A DNA stretch of 64,000 nt, taken from positions 9,582 to 73,581 of the forward strand of contig JACIXS010000055.1 in assembly GCA_014360335.1 (NCBI GenBank), written 5' to 3'. This document shows positions 22,001 to 31,059 of the stretch, in pieces (the first letter of the stretch is position 1; each line of letters starts with the position of its first letter). A model generated the notes under the pieces. It was not told where the DNA came from. It ran no database searches and saw only the letters and a program-made list of their open reading frames with translations. Source of the stretch: a bacterium. Its GTDB lineage: Bacteria; DUMJ01. The translations under genes and the position numbers were made by a program.

Positions 22001-22689
22001 TGATAGATGAAGGGAAACCGATACTTGTAGATATTCCTATAGATAAACCTGAAGATAATGACAAGACTAGAAATATAGAGATTGTTCTCTCTAAAGATGG
22101 AAGTATCAAGGGTAAAGCTTATGTTACCTTTAAAGGATACTATGATACATACATTAGAAGTGTATGGAAGAGCGCTTCTGATAGAGAAATAAGAGAAGAT
22201 TTAGAGTGGTCGTTAAGGTCACTCGTTCCAAATGCAACCCTTGAGGGTTATGAACTTTCCAATCTTAGAGATTTAAGCGCAGATGTATGGGAGAGATACA
22301 CATTTAATGCCCCAGGATATGCACAGGTAGTCAGAGATACAATCTCCTTCTTGCCTTCAATTATGGAGAGGATAGAGACAAGTGAATCTGTGGCAAAAAA
22401 GGAAAGAAAATACCCGATAAATTATTGGTCTCCATATACCAATAGAGATATAGTAACATACAAGCTTCCAGAAGGTTCCAAGATTGTATATTTACCTGAG
22501 GATTTAGTGTTAGATAAGCCTTTTGCATACTATAGTATGAGGTTTTCTGTTAGTGGAAATATATTGAAGGTAGAAAGAGTCTTTCAGATTAGGAGTATAC
22601 TTATTACACCCGATGACTATCCTGCGTATAGGTCATTTATAGAGAGTATAGTAGCTAAAGACAGGGAAAAGGTGGTTATAGGATTTTAA
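19039..22689 (+). CDS. secreted multidomain protein: signal peptide, N-terminal beta-sandwich domain, TPR repeats, DUF3857-like domain, transglutaminase-like cysteine-protease core
   Basis: Signal peptide (MYSLRSRILALLIVFFFFLPSVSF), many TPR-like repeats in residues ~300-600, and a transglutaminase-like core with Cys in YGDCKDKATLL and His in QFDHAICAI. Confidence 0.75.
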   Translation: MYSLRSRILALLIVFFFFLPSVSFTQEVKSRLVLETANPLELEGWDSWIRGDNVKGIESWEKVILENPNSYSSLSYWYLLSDLYDEEGLYKSSLSFIDKMLNETKNPTLLSSLYWEKIQDLLKLGNYDSTKEYISKLGLISDWLIIGPFDNVGGSGFYKVFPPEEEIDLSKVYTGKNGMEVKWFPSKTTFGIMKLGNLLYPSDAVTAYALTFVYSDSEQEVFIRSGSTGALTIWLNDTKVLSQDIYRNIYIDQDIVKVKLNKGWNKLLLKVCEDNGLWQFILRITDENGNSIPSLKYSLEPKEIKKGTEFVLVEDTIPQDYWSLVHSGIIYRKRGLWDKAEKSLLKALDISDTILPRYFLGLTYLDEGKTDEGISELRKVIASEPEFVRAYVDLGWNRYDKGLYEEAIQLFQEGLRYGRNYSQLYAYLSWTYLMKGWVKDAEDTITESLKVNPSHPLSYYVLGLIYERRGWYNEAISTYRKLLEINNAFYSAFSNLRSIYRNTGNYNEAILMTKERLEREPHNINLYLDLVDLYMRSKMFSEAITLLENTIEISPYHPDIYEYIGNLYYELGQREKAFLYWEKALEIEPGNISLKDYLSFLKEETYTLADVSKLITNTPTQKDYPDASAIIILDSAERIIKPDGTSSLTYHKVIKILNERGRETYGEVYIPYSLFGERVKILKARTIKPDGTEVEATAIHDVSLAEGYHLYSDAMAKVISMPSLENNAIIEYAYTIDDLGRGPLGKHFQDEFLFQDFDPMMISRYTLVVPKGTKFYYKMYNGELEPEVEEKGNTVVYTWEMRNTPQIIQENYMPPLADVAPRLEITTFKDWQEVASWYYDIANPRTKPDDAIKAKVIELTKDKETLEDKAKAIYYFVANDIRYVGLEYGIRGLMPHQASEVFKYKYGDCKDKATLLISMYRELGIPAYYVLVRTRYRGALPLDSPGFQFDHAICAIKLNDKLYFLDGTAEDTRFGYIPSMDQGTKALLIDEGKPILVDIPIDKPEDNDKTRNIEIVLSKDGSIKGKAYVTFKGYYDTYIRSVWKSASDREIREDLEWSLRSLVPNATLEGYELSNLRDLSADVWERYTFNAPGYAQVVRDTISFLPSIMERIETSESVAKKERKYPINYWSPYTNRDIVTYKLPEGSKIVYLPEDLVLDKPFAYYSMRFSVSGNILKVERVFQIRSILITPDDYPAYRSFIESIVAKDREKVVIGF

Positions 22690-22704
22690 GGAGAGAGGTT
22701 AGTT

Positions 22705-25197
22705 ATGTTTAAACTTTTAGAAAAGATTATAGGTAAAAGCTCTGATAGGGAACTAAGAAGATACTGGCGTGTAGTAGAGGAGATAAATAGACTTGAACCA
22801 GAGATATCTAAGCTTTCTGACGAAGAGTTAGCGAAGAAGACCTTAGAGTTTAAAGAAAAACTGAAGCAAGGAGCCACTTTAGATGACATAATAGTTCCAG
22901 CATTTGCAGTAGTAAGAGAGGTGGCTAAAAGGAAGGTTAATATGAGACCCTTTGATGTCCAGCTGATAGGAGCCATTGTGCTTCATGAAGGAAAAATAGC
23001 TGAGATGAAGACGGGAGAGGGAAAAACTCTTGTTGCTACTATGCCTGCCTATCTAAATGCATTGACAGGAGAGGGTGTACACATAGTCACAGTAAATGAT
23101 TATCTAGCCAAGAGGGATAGGTATTGGATGGGACCTATCTATGAATCTCTTGGCCTTACTGTTGGACTCTTACAGCATGATTCTACACCTAATGAGAGAC
23201 GAATGGCCTATAATGCAGATATTACTTACGGAACTAATACTGAGTTTGGATTTGACTATCTTAGAGACAATATGGCTTTGAGTGCAGATGAACTGGTCCA
23301 GAGGGATTTTAATTATGCAATAGTAGACGAGGTTGATAGTATTCTTATAGATGAAGCTAGGACTCCACTCATCATTTCTGGCGTAGCAGAAAAACCTACC
23401 CGTTTATACTATCAGTTTGCACATATTGCTAGAAACTTAATAAGGGATGTTGATTATACGGTAGATGAAAAGCTTAAGAGTGTCAGCTTGACTGATTCAG
23501 GCGCTAGAAAGGTGGAAAAGATCTTAGGCATAGAGAATATATACGCTGTCAGTGATGTCGATTATCTTTCCTATCTTATAGCAGCCCTTAAGGCTAAGGA
23601 GCTTTTCAAGAAGGATGTAGATTACATAGTTAAAGATGGGGAAGTTATTATAGTGGATGAATTTACCGGTAGGCTTATGTATGGTAGAAGATACAGTGAT
23701 GGTATCCATCAGGCTATAGAAGCTAAAGAGGGACTTAAGATAAGACAGGAAGCACAGACACTGGCAACTATAACATTACAGAATTACTTTAGAATGTATA
23801 AAAAGTTAGCAGGTATGACTGGAACTGCAGCTACAGAAGCAGATGAGTTTCTAAAGATATATGGGCTAGAGGTTGTAGTAATACCTACACATAAGCCGAT
23901 GATACGTATAGACTATCCAGACGCAGTATATAAGACGGAGAGAGCTAAGTTTAAGGCCATAGTAAATGAGATTGTAGAGTTATACAAGATAGGAAGACCT
24001 GTGCTTGTGGGAACACGTTCTATAGAAAAGTCGGAGCTTCTTAGCTCTATGCTTAAGAAACTAGGTATACCTCATCAAGTTTTGAATGCGAAATACCATG
24101 AAAAAGAGGCAGAGATAATAGCTAAAGCAGGACAGAAAGGTAGTGTTACTATAGCCACAAATATGGCTGGTAGAGGTGTTGATATAGTCCTTGGAGAAGG
24201 GGTAGCAGAGCTTGGTGGATTACATATTATAGGTACAGAGAGGCATGAGTCTAGGAGGATAGACAATCAGCTCCGTGGTAGGGCTGGAAGACAGGGAGAT
24301 CCAGGTTCCTCTAGATTCTATGTGTCTTTAGAGGATGAGTTGATGAGATTGTTTGGCTCAGAAAGGATAAAAGGCGTTATGGATAAACTTGGTGTAGATG
24401 AGGACCAGCCTATAGAACACCCTATTATTTCTAAGGCTATAGAAAGTGCACAGAAAAAGGTAGAGTCTTATCACTTTGACATAAGAAAACACCTCTTAGA
24501 GTATGATGATGTAATGGAGACACAGCGTAGGGTGATATACCAGGAGCGTAAGAAGATACTTACTAAGGATAACTTGAAAGAGTCTGTCCTCTCTGTAATG
24601 AATGATTATCTTCTAGAAATAGCAGAGACTTATATACCAAAGAATAGAAGAGATATGTGGGATTTAGAGGGATTTGCCAGTGAGGTGAAAAATACCTTTA
24701 ATATAACTTTAGATGTAGAGTCTATAAAGGAATCATCCTATGATGAGATAATCTCTCTATGTAGAGATAAGATAAACAGCCGATACGAAGAGAAGGAAAG
24801 AGAGATAGGGTCTGAGTTATTAAGGCAGGCAGAAAAGTTTATTATGCTTAGGGTAGTTGACACCCACTGGATAGAACATCTAGAAAATATGGATTTCCTA
24901 AAAGAAGGGATGGTGCTGAGGGCTTATGGACAGAGAGATCCTCTGATAGAGTATAAAAAGGAGGCTTATGAGATATTTCAGGATATGCTCTCTAGTATTA
25001 GGAGAGATATCTCTAGATTTCTTATGAGATTGGAGCTTAAACCGGAAAGGATGGAGCATAAACCTGTAGCGGTTGTTTCTCGGACCTCTAGTGATAGTGT
25101 AAAGAAACCAATAAAGACAAAAAAGATAGGTAGAAACGACCCTTGTCCTTGTGGAAGTGGGAAGAAGTATAAATACTGTTGTGGAAGGGATGAATAA
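22705..25197 (+). CDS. secA: preprotein translocase ATPase SecA
   Basis: 830 aa with a full DEAD-like motor and a C-terminal SEC-C zinc motif. Confidence 0.97.
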   Translation: MFKLLEKIIGKSSDRELRRYWRVVEEINRLEPEISKLSDEELAKKTLEFKEKLKQGATLDDIIVPAFAVVREVAKRKVNMRPFDVQLIGAIVLHEGKIAEMKTGEGKTLVATMPAYLNALTGEGVHIVTVNDYLAKRDRYWMGPIYESLGLTVGLLQHDSTPNERRMAYNADITYGTNTEFGFDYLRDNMALSADELVQRDFNYAIVDEVDSILIDEARTPLIISGVAEKPTRLYYQFAHIARNLIRDVDYTVDEKLKSVSLTDSGARKVEKILGIENIYAVSDVDYLSYLIAALKAKELFKKDVDYIVKDGEVIIVDEFTGRLMYGRRYSDGIHQAIEAKEGLKIRQEAQTLATITLQNYFRMYKKLAGMTGTAATEADEFLKIYGLEVVVIPTHKPMIRIDYPDAVYKTERAKFKAIVNEIVELYKIGRPVLVGTRSIEKSELLSSMLKKLGIPHQVLNAKYHEKEAEIIAKAGQKGSVTIATNMAGRGVDIVLGEGVAELGGLHIIGTERHESRRIDNQLRGRAGRQGDPGSSRFYVSLEDELMRLFGSERIKGVMDKLGVDEDQPIEHPIISKAIESAQKKVESYHFDIRKHLLEYDDVMETQRRVIYQERKKILTKDNLKESVLSVMNDYLLEIAETYIPKNRRDMWDLEGFASEVKNTFNITLDVESIKESSYDEIISLCRDKINSRYEEKEREIGSELLRQAEKFIMLRVVDTHWIEHLENMDFLKEGMVLRAYGQRDPLIEYKKEAYEIFQDMLSSIRRDISRFLMRLELKPERMEHKPVAVVSRTSSDSVKKPIKTKKIGRNDPCPCGSGKKYKYCCGRDE

Positions 25198-26283
25198 TGA
25201 AAAAGGAGATCGCTGAGCTAGAAAAGAGATTCTTAGAATTGGGTGGTTATCTTTGACAGACAGAGTACTAGATTGTCTAATCTAGAAGAAGAGGTTCAGA
25301 AAGAGGATTTTTGGAATAATCCACAGGAAGCTCAGAAGATTCTGTCCGAATTGAGTAAACTAAAAAAACTTGTAGAGAAAGGTAGAAGGGTTTCAGAATT
25401 ATTAGAATCCCTAAAAGAGTTCTCTGATCTATTGGGAGAGGATGAGACTTTAGAGGAGGAATTGAGGTTAGAGCTAGAAAATGCCAAAAAACTTCTAGAG
25501 GAACTGGAACTCCAGACCCTTTTTACAGATGAGTATGATAGTTATAATGCTGTTGTTACCATTCATGCTGGAGCAGGAGGAGTTGATGCCCAGGATTGGG
25601 CTGAAATGCTTTTAAGGATGTATACAAGATGGGCAGAGAGGAATGGATTTAAATTGGAAATAGTAGAAACCTCTTTTGGGGAAGAGGCGGGTATAAAGAG
25701 TGTTACCTTTATAGTTAAAGGGGATTTTGCATATGGATTATTAAAAGCAGAAAGAGGTGTCCACAGATTGGTAAGAATATCCCCATTTGATGCTGCTCAT
25801 AGGAGGCATACCTCTTTTGCCCTAGTGGATGTTATTCCTGATATAGGCAATGAGGTAGAGATAGAGATAAAACCTGAGGACTTAAAGATAGATACATTTA
25901 GGGCTAGTGGACCTGGTGGCCAGTATGTAAATAAGACCGAATCCGCAGTAAGAATTACTCATATACCAACTGGTATCGTTGTTGAATGTCAGAGTGAGAG
26001 GTCTCAACATCAGAATAGAGAGACTGCGATGAGAATCCTTAAGGCACGCCTCTTTGCCTTAGAGAAGGAGAAGAGAGAGAAGGAGTTACAGGCTATTAAA
26101 GGAGAGAGAAAGGATATAGCTTGGGGTAATCAGATAAGGTCTTATGTCTTGCATCCTTATACCCTAGTTAAAGACCATAGAACTGGGGTAGAGATTGGTA
26201 ATATCCAGGCGGTATTGGATGGAGATATTGATATCTTTATCTCTTCTTACCTTAAGAATACTGTGCTTAAGATAAACGGGTGA
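25197..26283 (+). CDS. prfB: peptide chain release factor 2, translated through a programmed +1 frameshift
   Basis: ORF 1 (ATG 25197 ... CTT TGA at 25251-25256) encodes [22 protein letters not shown] 2 (+1 frame from 25255) continues DRQSTRLSNL... through the GGQ and SPF motifs. The ATG overlaps the secA TAA stop. Confidence 0.92.
25251..25257 (+). other. RF2 autoregulatory +1 frameshift site CTT TGA C with upstream SD-like GGGTGG
   Basis: Sequence GGGTGGTTATCTTTGAC; the canonical slippery CUU followed by UGA C. Confidence 0.88.
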
Positions 26284-27248
26284 TGAATAGGCTTTTAAGT
26301 TTAGCTCTATTAACTATATTTATCTTAACTTTTTTGTTTTCATTCTTTATATATCCCCCCTTGCCATATAGAGGCACCGAGACAGTAATCATAAAGCCTG
26401 GTATGAATGCTAGAGATATTGCTATTATTCTAAAAGAGAAAGGACTTATATCCTCTGTAGAGTTATTTCTCTATACCCTTAAGCTAAAGGGAGATAATGG
26501 TGGAAGATTTATCCCTGGTACCTTTGATATTCCTAGAGGACTCAGAGTAGACCAGTTACTTGAATTTATCTTTAAGGCTAAACCTAAAACTGTTTGGGTA
26601 ACTATCCCTGAGGGGTTTAATTCTAGAGAGATAGCAGAGAGGCTTTCTGCTAGTGGGGTTATTTCTAAAGAGGAATTCTTAACCGCCTTAAACAGAAATA
26701 TTAAAGGAGACTATCCTTCTTTTATACAGCCACCTTATGAAGGCTTTTTATTTCCAGATACCTATGAGTTTTTCTTAAACAGCCCACCTGAGTTAGTTAT
26801 AAGAAAATTTCTAGATAGGTTTGTAGAAGTATTACCAGCTGATTTTGAGGAAAAAGCCAAGCGGTTAGGCCTCACACCTAGAGAAGCTATAGTACTTGCA
26901 TCTCTTATAGAAAAAGAGGCGAAGCTAGATAGTGAAAGACCTATAATAGCCCAGGTTTTATTAAAGAGACTCAAAATTGGTATGAGGCTACAATGTGATG
27001 CCACGGTCCAGTATGCCTTGGGTAAAACCAAACCTGTTTTAAGTTATAAAGACCTTGAGATTGATTCACCCTATAATACTTACCTACATTATGGGCTTCC
27101 TCCAGGACCCATATGTAATCCTGGGCTTTCCTCTATAGTATCAGCAATAAATCCTGCTAATACAGATTACCTCTTCTACTTTACCAAGGGGGATGGGGTT
27201 CATATATTTTCTAGGACGTATGAAGAACATCTAGCAGGGCAGAGATGA
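26280..27248 (+). CDS. mltG: endolytic murein transglycosylase MltG (YceG-like)
   Basis: Single N-terminal TM helix followed by a YceG-like domain (322 aa). Confidence 0.85.
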   Translation: MMNRLLSLALLTIFILTFLFSFFIYPPLPYRGTETVIIKPGMNARDIAIILKEKGLISSVELFLYTLKLKGDNGGRFIPGTFDIPRGLRVDQLLEFIFKAKPKTVWVTIPEGFNSREIAERLSASGVISKEEFLTALNRNIKGDYPSFIQPPYEGFLFPDTYEFFLNSPPELVIRKFLDRFVEVLPADFEEKAKRLGLTPREAIVLASLIEKEAKLDSERPIIAQVLLKRLKIGMRLQCDATVQYALGKTKPVLSYKDLEIDSPYNTYLHYGLPPGPICNPGLSSIVSAINPANTDYLFYFTKGDGVHIFSRTYEEHLAGQR

Positions 27249-28504
27249 AGAGGGTAATAATAGTTCTTTTTTGGGTTTTTATAGTAATACTTTCCTTTCA
27301 AAAGTATCTTAATGCTGGGGGACTTTTGGAGAAGCTTTCCTATGCAGAAAGTAAACTCCATAATATGAGGGTAGAATGGTCAAAGGGTTGGGACTTAACA
27401 GAGGTAGAAGGTTTTATAAATAGAGCTAGAAGTGAACTTAAAGTTGGGAGAATTAGCAAAGCAGAAGCTTATATAGATATGGCTATTCGTATAATGCAGG
27501 CAGTGGAAAGTAAGTATAATTCCTACCCTTCTTTAAAAGTAAAGAATGAACCTTTGGCGCTGAGCAATCTTGAACTGGCTAAACTAATAGCAGTTAGGAC
27601 TATAAAGAATGGAATTGTAGGTTATTCTTGGGGGCAGACTGTAGCAATGAAAGGACTACTTGCTACTGGCAATTGGGGATATGTAAAGGCTTTAGTAGAT
27701 AGATATGTAGAAAAAGATATAAAACCGAAGAACGTAAATGAATGTGCTATAGGGGATATTCTTCTGACCCTGTATGATATGTTTAAAGAAGAAAAGTATT
27801 TGAAGAAGGCTAAAGAGCTTGGAGATTTTATACTATCTTACAAAGACAAACTCCCTTCCGGAGGTATAGTGCATGAGCCAGGGACTAGACAACTATGGAT
27901 TGATACAGTTTATATGATATGTCCATTTATGGTTAGATTGAGAGAGCCTTATAGGGAAGAGGGTCTAAGACAGCTGTATATCCACATAAGATATCTGATG
28001 AATCCAAATGTTTTTCTCTTTCATCATGCTTGGGATGAGAGTACACTTTCGCTGACACAGCACTACTGGGCAAGGGGAAATGGATGGATGTTAGCCACAC
28101 TAGTAGAGATATTTCCATATGTAGAGGAAGAAGATAGAAATTATATGGAGCCTATTATAAAAAGTATGGCTAGTATTCTGAGTAAACTTCAAGATAAATC
28201 AGGCTTGTGGCATACACTTATAAATATGAGAGATACATATCTAGAAACATCTGGTAGTGCCCTTTTAGGATATGGTATACATAGGGCTATTCAACTGGGA
28301 ATATTAGACAAAGGCTATATGGATGTTGTAAACAAAACCCTTAAAGGGATAAGAGCTAGAATTAGTGAAGAAGGAGATGTATTAGGGGTATCTGAAGGGA
28401 CAGGTCCTGGGGACTATATATACTATGCAAGAAGAAAGTTAGGAGTCTTCTTACATGGACAGGGAACAGTACTTCTTTTTCTAGGAGGTTTTAATAATGA
28501 ATAG
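27245..28504 (+). CDS. glycoside hydrolase family 105/88-like (unsaturated glycuronyl hydrolase family), signal-anchored
   Basis: N-terminal hydrophobic signal/anchor plus a six-hairpin glycosidase fold, with the HYWARGNGWM motif characteristic of the YteR/UGL families. Confidence 0.7.
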   Translation: MKRVIIVLFWVFIVILSFQKYLNAGGLLEKLSYAESKLHNMRVEWSKGWDLTEVEGFINRARSELKVGRISKAEAYIDMAIRIMQAVESKYNSYPSLKVKNEPLALSNLELAKLIAVRTIKNGIVGYSWGQTVAMKGLLATGNWGYVKALVDRYVEKDIKPKNVNECAIGDILLTLYDMFKEEKYLKKAKELGDFILSYKDKLPSGGIVHEPGTRQLWIDTVYMICPFMVRLREPYREEGLRQLYIHIRYLMNPNVFLFHHAWDESTLSLTQHYWARGNGWMLATLVEIFPYVEEEDRNYMEPIIKSMASILSKLQDKSGLWHTLINMRDTYLETSGSALLGYGIHRAIQLGILDKGYMDVVNKTLKGIRARISEEGDVLGVSEGTGPGDYIYYARRKLGVFLHGQGTVLLFLGGFNNE

Positions 28505-29444
28505 GTATGATGTGTCCTTTGTAATTCCTCTAAAGAATGAGGTAGAGACTATCGAGGCTTTATACAGAGGGATAGTGGAGAATACTGCTCCCTTGGGATT
28601 ATCATTTGAAATAATCTTTATAGATGATGGTAGCACTGATGGGTCTTTTGATGTAATAAAAAGACTAAGTAGAGAGGATAATAGAGTAAAGGGGATAAGG
28701 TTTAGAAGAAACTTTGGTAAATCTAGTGCTCTTTCTGCCGGTTTTAAATTGGCTAAAGGTAACATAGTCATTACAATGGATGCAGACTTACAGGATGACC
28801 CTGTAGAGATACCGAGATTCATAGAGATGATTAATAAAGGTTATGATGTGGTTTCTGGGTGGAAGAAGATACGTCATGACCCTCCTAGTAAGACTTTACC
28901 TTCTAGAGTCTTTAATAAGCTTACATCATGGGCTACTGGTGTAGATATTCATGACTTTAATTGTGGTTTTAAAGCTTATAGAAATGAGGTGGTAAAATCT
29001 CTAGATATCTACGGTGAACTTCACCGTTATATACCTGCATTAGCCCATAGCAAGGGTTTTACGGTAGGGGAGATTATTGTAACTCATCATCCTAGAAAGT
29101 TTGGAGCCTCTAAGTATGGCTGGGAGAGACTCTTTAAAGGTTTCTTGGACCTTTTCACTGTTGTATTTCTTACACGATTTATAAAGAGACCTATGCATGT
29201 GTTTGGTTCAGCAGGGGTACTATTATTTCTTATCGGCTTTGTTATAAACTTGTACCTAGTATTTTATAAGTTTATAACCGGTGCTCTTATAGGCAATAGG
29301 CCACTTCTTACCCTTGGAGTTCTATGTATGATCTTGGGAATTCAATCTCTCTCTATAGGACTACTAGGAGAGATGATTAACAATCTAACCCATGGACAGA
29401 AGGAAGAGTACTATATAGTAGAGGAGGTGGGTATTGAAGAGTAG
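28497..29444 (+). CDS. GT2 polyprenyl-phosphate sugar transferase (ArnC/GtrB/Dpm1-like) with two C-terminal TM helices
   Basis: GT-A motifs (FIDDGSTDGS and the TMDADLQDDP DxD motif) followed by two C-terminal TM helices, as in ArnC/GtrB. Confidence 0.85.
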   Translation: MNRYDVSFVIPLKNEVETIEALYRGIVENTAPLGLSFEIIFIDDGSTDGSFDVIKRLSREDNRVKGIRFRRNFGKSSALSAGFKLAKGNIVITMDADLQDDPVEIPRFIEMINKGYDVVSGWKKIRHDPPSKTLPSRVFNKLTSWATGVDIHDFNCGFKAYRNEVVKSLDIYGELHRYIPALAHSKGFTVGEIIVTHHPRKFGASKYGWERLFKGFLDLFTVVFLTRFIKRPMHVFGSAGVLLFLIGFVINLYLVFYKFITGALIGNRPLLTLGVLCMILGIQSLSIGLLGEMINNLTHGQKEEYYIVEEVGIEE

Positions 29445-31059
29445 TATATACCTAGATACCATCTTGAAAGAGATACCGAGGTTGCTAGGTTTACTAGACA
29501 AGAATCCCAATAGTCCAACCTTTGGTTCCTTTGATAGACAGTTTTGGCACTACAATGTGGTTGATTTCTCCTCTGCTAGATACCAAGAGGCTGTTCTTAC
29601 TTTGGCTCTACTTTATAAGTATAATCTCCCAGATAATATATATTACAAAAATGAAAATATCCTTAACTGGATAGATGGTGCCTTGAGGTTTTGGCTCAAG
29701 ATACAGAATAAGGACGGTTCTTTTAATGAGTGGTATCCAAATGAGCATAGTTTTGTTGCTACCGCCTTTACTACTTATGCAGTTTCTGAGGCATTATTGA
29801 TACTCGGTAAAGAGATTCCATCCTATAATGAAGTTGTGTTTGGTCTTAAAAAGGCTTCCGATTGGTTACTTTCATATACAGACTTTACCGCCTGCAACCA
29901 AGTAGCAGGCTCTATTTCAGCACTTTATAACGTCTATCTTCTTACCAATGATATAAAGTATAGAGACGGGGCTATCAAGAAGTTGAAACAATTAAAAGAA
30001 ATGCAGGATGAAGAAGGTTGGTTTCCTGAATATGGAGGACCAGATATAGGGTATCTATCTCTGGCTATAGATTATCTCTGTAAGTATTATCGTAGATCAG
30101 AGGACTTAGATGCTAAAGATATGATAGATAGAGCACTGGCATTTCTTGTTTATTTTGTTCATCCAGATGGAACCTTCGGTGGAGAGTATGGGTCTCGCAA
30201 TACGAAATATATAATCCCCTCTGGGATAGAGTATTCAAGTCATTGGAGTGAAAACGCAAGAAAGATAGCTTTTGTCTTAAGAAATTCTTTAGAGAAAAGA
30301 GAGTCTATAGGTCCGTATAATTTGGATGATAGATACCTCTCATATATAGGATATACGTATCTACAGGCACATATGGATATCTATGAGGGAGATCTAGCTA
30401 CTCCTATCTATGAAGGTGAGTTTAGTAGATTCTTTAGAAATTCAGGACTATTCGTTATAAACAATAAGAACTTTTACCTCGTCTCTAATCTAAAAAAGGG
30501 AGGAGTATTCAGGATAACTTTTAAGAATAAAGGCTTCTCTATTACTGATAGTGGTGTTATTGCGAAGATTGGAGATGACTTCTATTCTAGTGGGTGGCTT
30601 AGGCAGGATGAAACGTTCAACGTAAGAGATAATAGGATATCAGTTAGGACCAATATGTTAAAGCTTTCTTATAGGGTTATGGGTTCTAGAGAGCTTCTAT
30701 TTTCTAGGTTATTTCAGCTTACGCTAGGACGTTTTACAGGTCTGAGCCTTAAGGTGAAGGACCTACTTAGAAAGATGCTTATAACATATAAGACCAAGAG
30801 TGATATCTTTGTTGATAGGTTTATAGAGGTATCTGATGATTTTATTACTGTAGAGGATAAGATTATTTCTCCTAAAGAGATAGAGAAACTTACTGTGGGG
30901 ATTGAGAATCCGTATATCTATATCCCATCTTCTAGGTATTTTCAGATACAGGACCTATATATATCTCCTAATATAGTAGACTTGAGAACAGATAAGATAA
31001 GGATGGTAAGAAGATACGATGTTAATGGAAAAGAGGAACTTACTATTAAATCTAGTTAA
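29434..31059 (+). CDS. heparinase II/III-like protein (alpha/alpha-toroid N-domain + beta-sandwich C-domain), no signal peptide
   Basis: 541 aa with an aromatic-rich toroid-like N-half and a beta-rich C-half. The assignment is tentative. Confidence 0.45.
   Translation: MKSSIYLDTILKEIPRLLGLLDKNPNSPTFGSFDRQFWHYNVVDFSSARYQEAVLTLALLYKYNLPDNIYYKNENILNWIDGALRFWLKIQNKDGSFNEWYPNEHSFVATAFTTYAVSEALLILGKEIPSYNEVVFGLKKASDWLLSYTDFTACNQVAGSISALYNVYLLTNDIKYRDGAIKKLKQLKEMQDEEGWFPEYGGPDIGYLSLAIDYLCKYYRRSEDLDAKDMIDRALAFLVYFVHPDGTFGGEYGSRNTKYIIPSGIEYSSHWSENARKIAFVLRNSLEKRESIGPYNLDDRYLSYIGYTYLQAHMDIYEGDLATPIYEGEFSRFFRNSGLFVINNKNFYLVSNLKKGGVFRITFKNKGFSITDSGVIAKIGDDFYSSGWLRQDETFNVRDNRISVRTNMLKLSYRVMGSRELLFSRLFQLTLGRFTGLSLKVKDLLRKMLITYKTKSDIFVDRFIEVSDDFITVEDKIISPKEIEKLTVGIENPYIYIPSSRYFQIQDLYISPNIVDLRTDKIRMVRRYDVNGKEELTIKSS

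Noticed and set aside
16802-22689. Whether the SEC-C/DUF1015/TPR-transglutaminase block is a horizontally acquired island or defense system
   Set aside because: The genes are co-directional and separated by 1-15 nt from apgM, secA and prfB. There are no integrase, transposase, tRNA or flanking direct repeats, and no visible composition shift. It looks like native operon content.
25243-26283. prfB called as starting at 25243 or as disrupted by an in-frame TGA (possible pseudogene)
   Set aside because: The apparent disruption is the canonical programmed +1 frameshift (CTT TGA C) with an intact upstream ORF-1, so the gene is intact.
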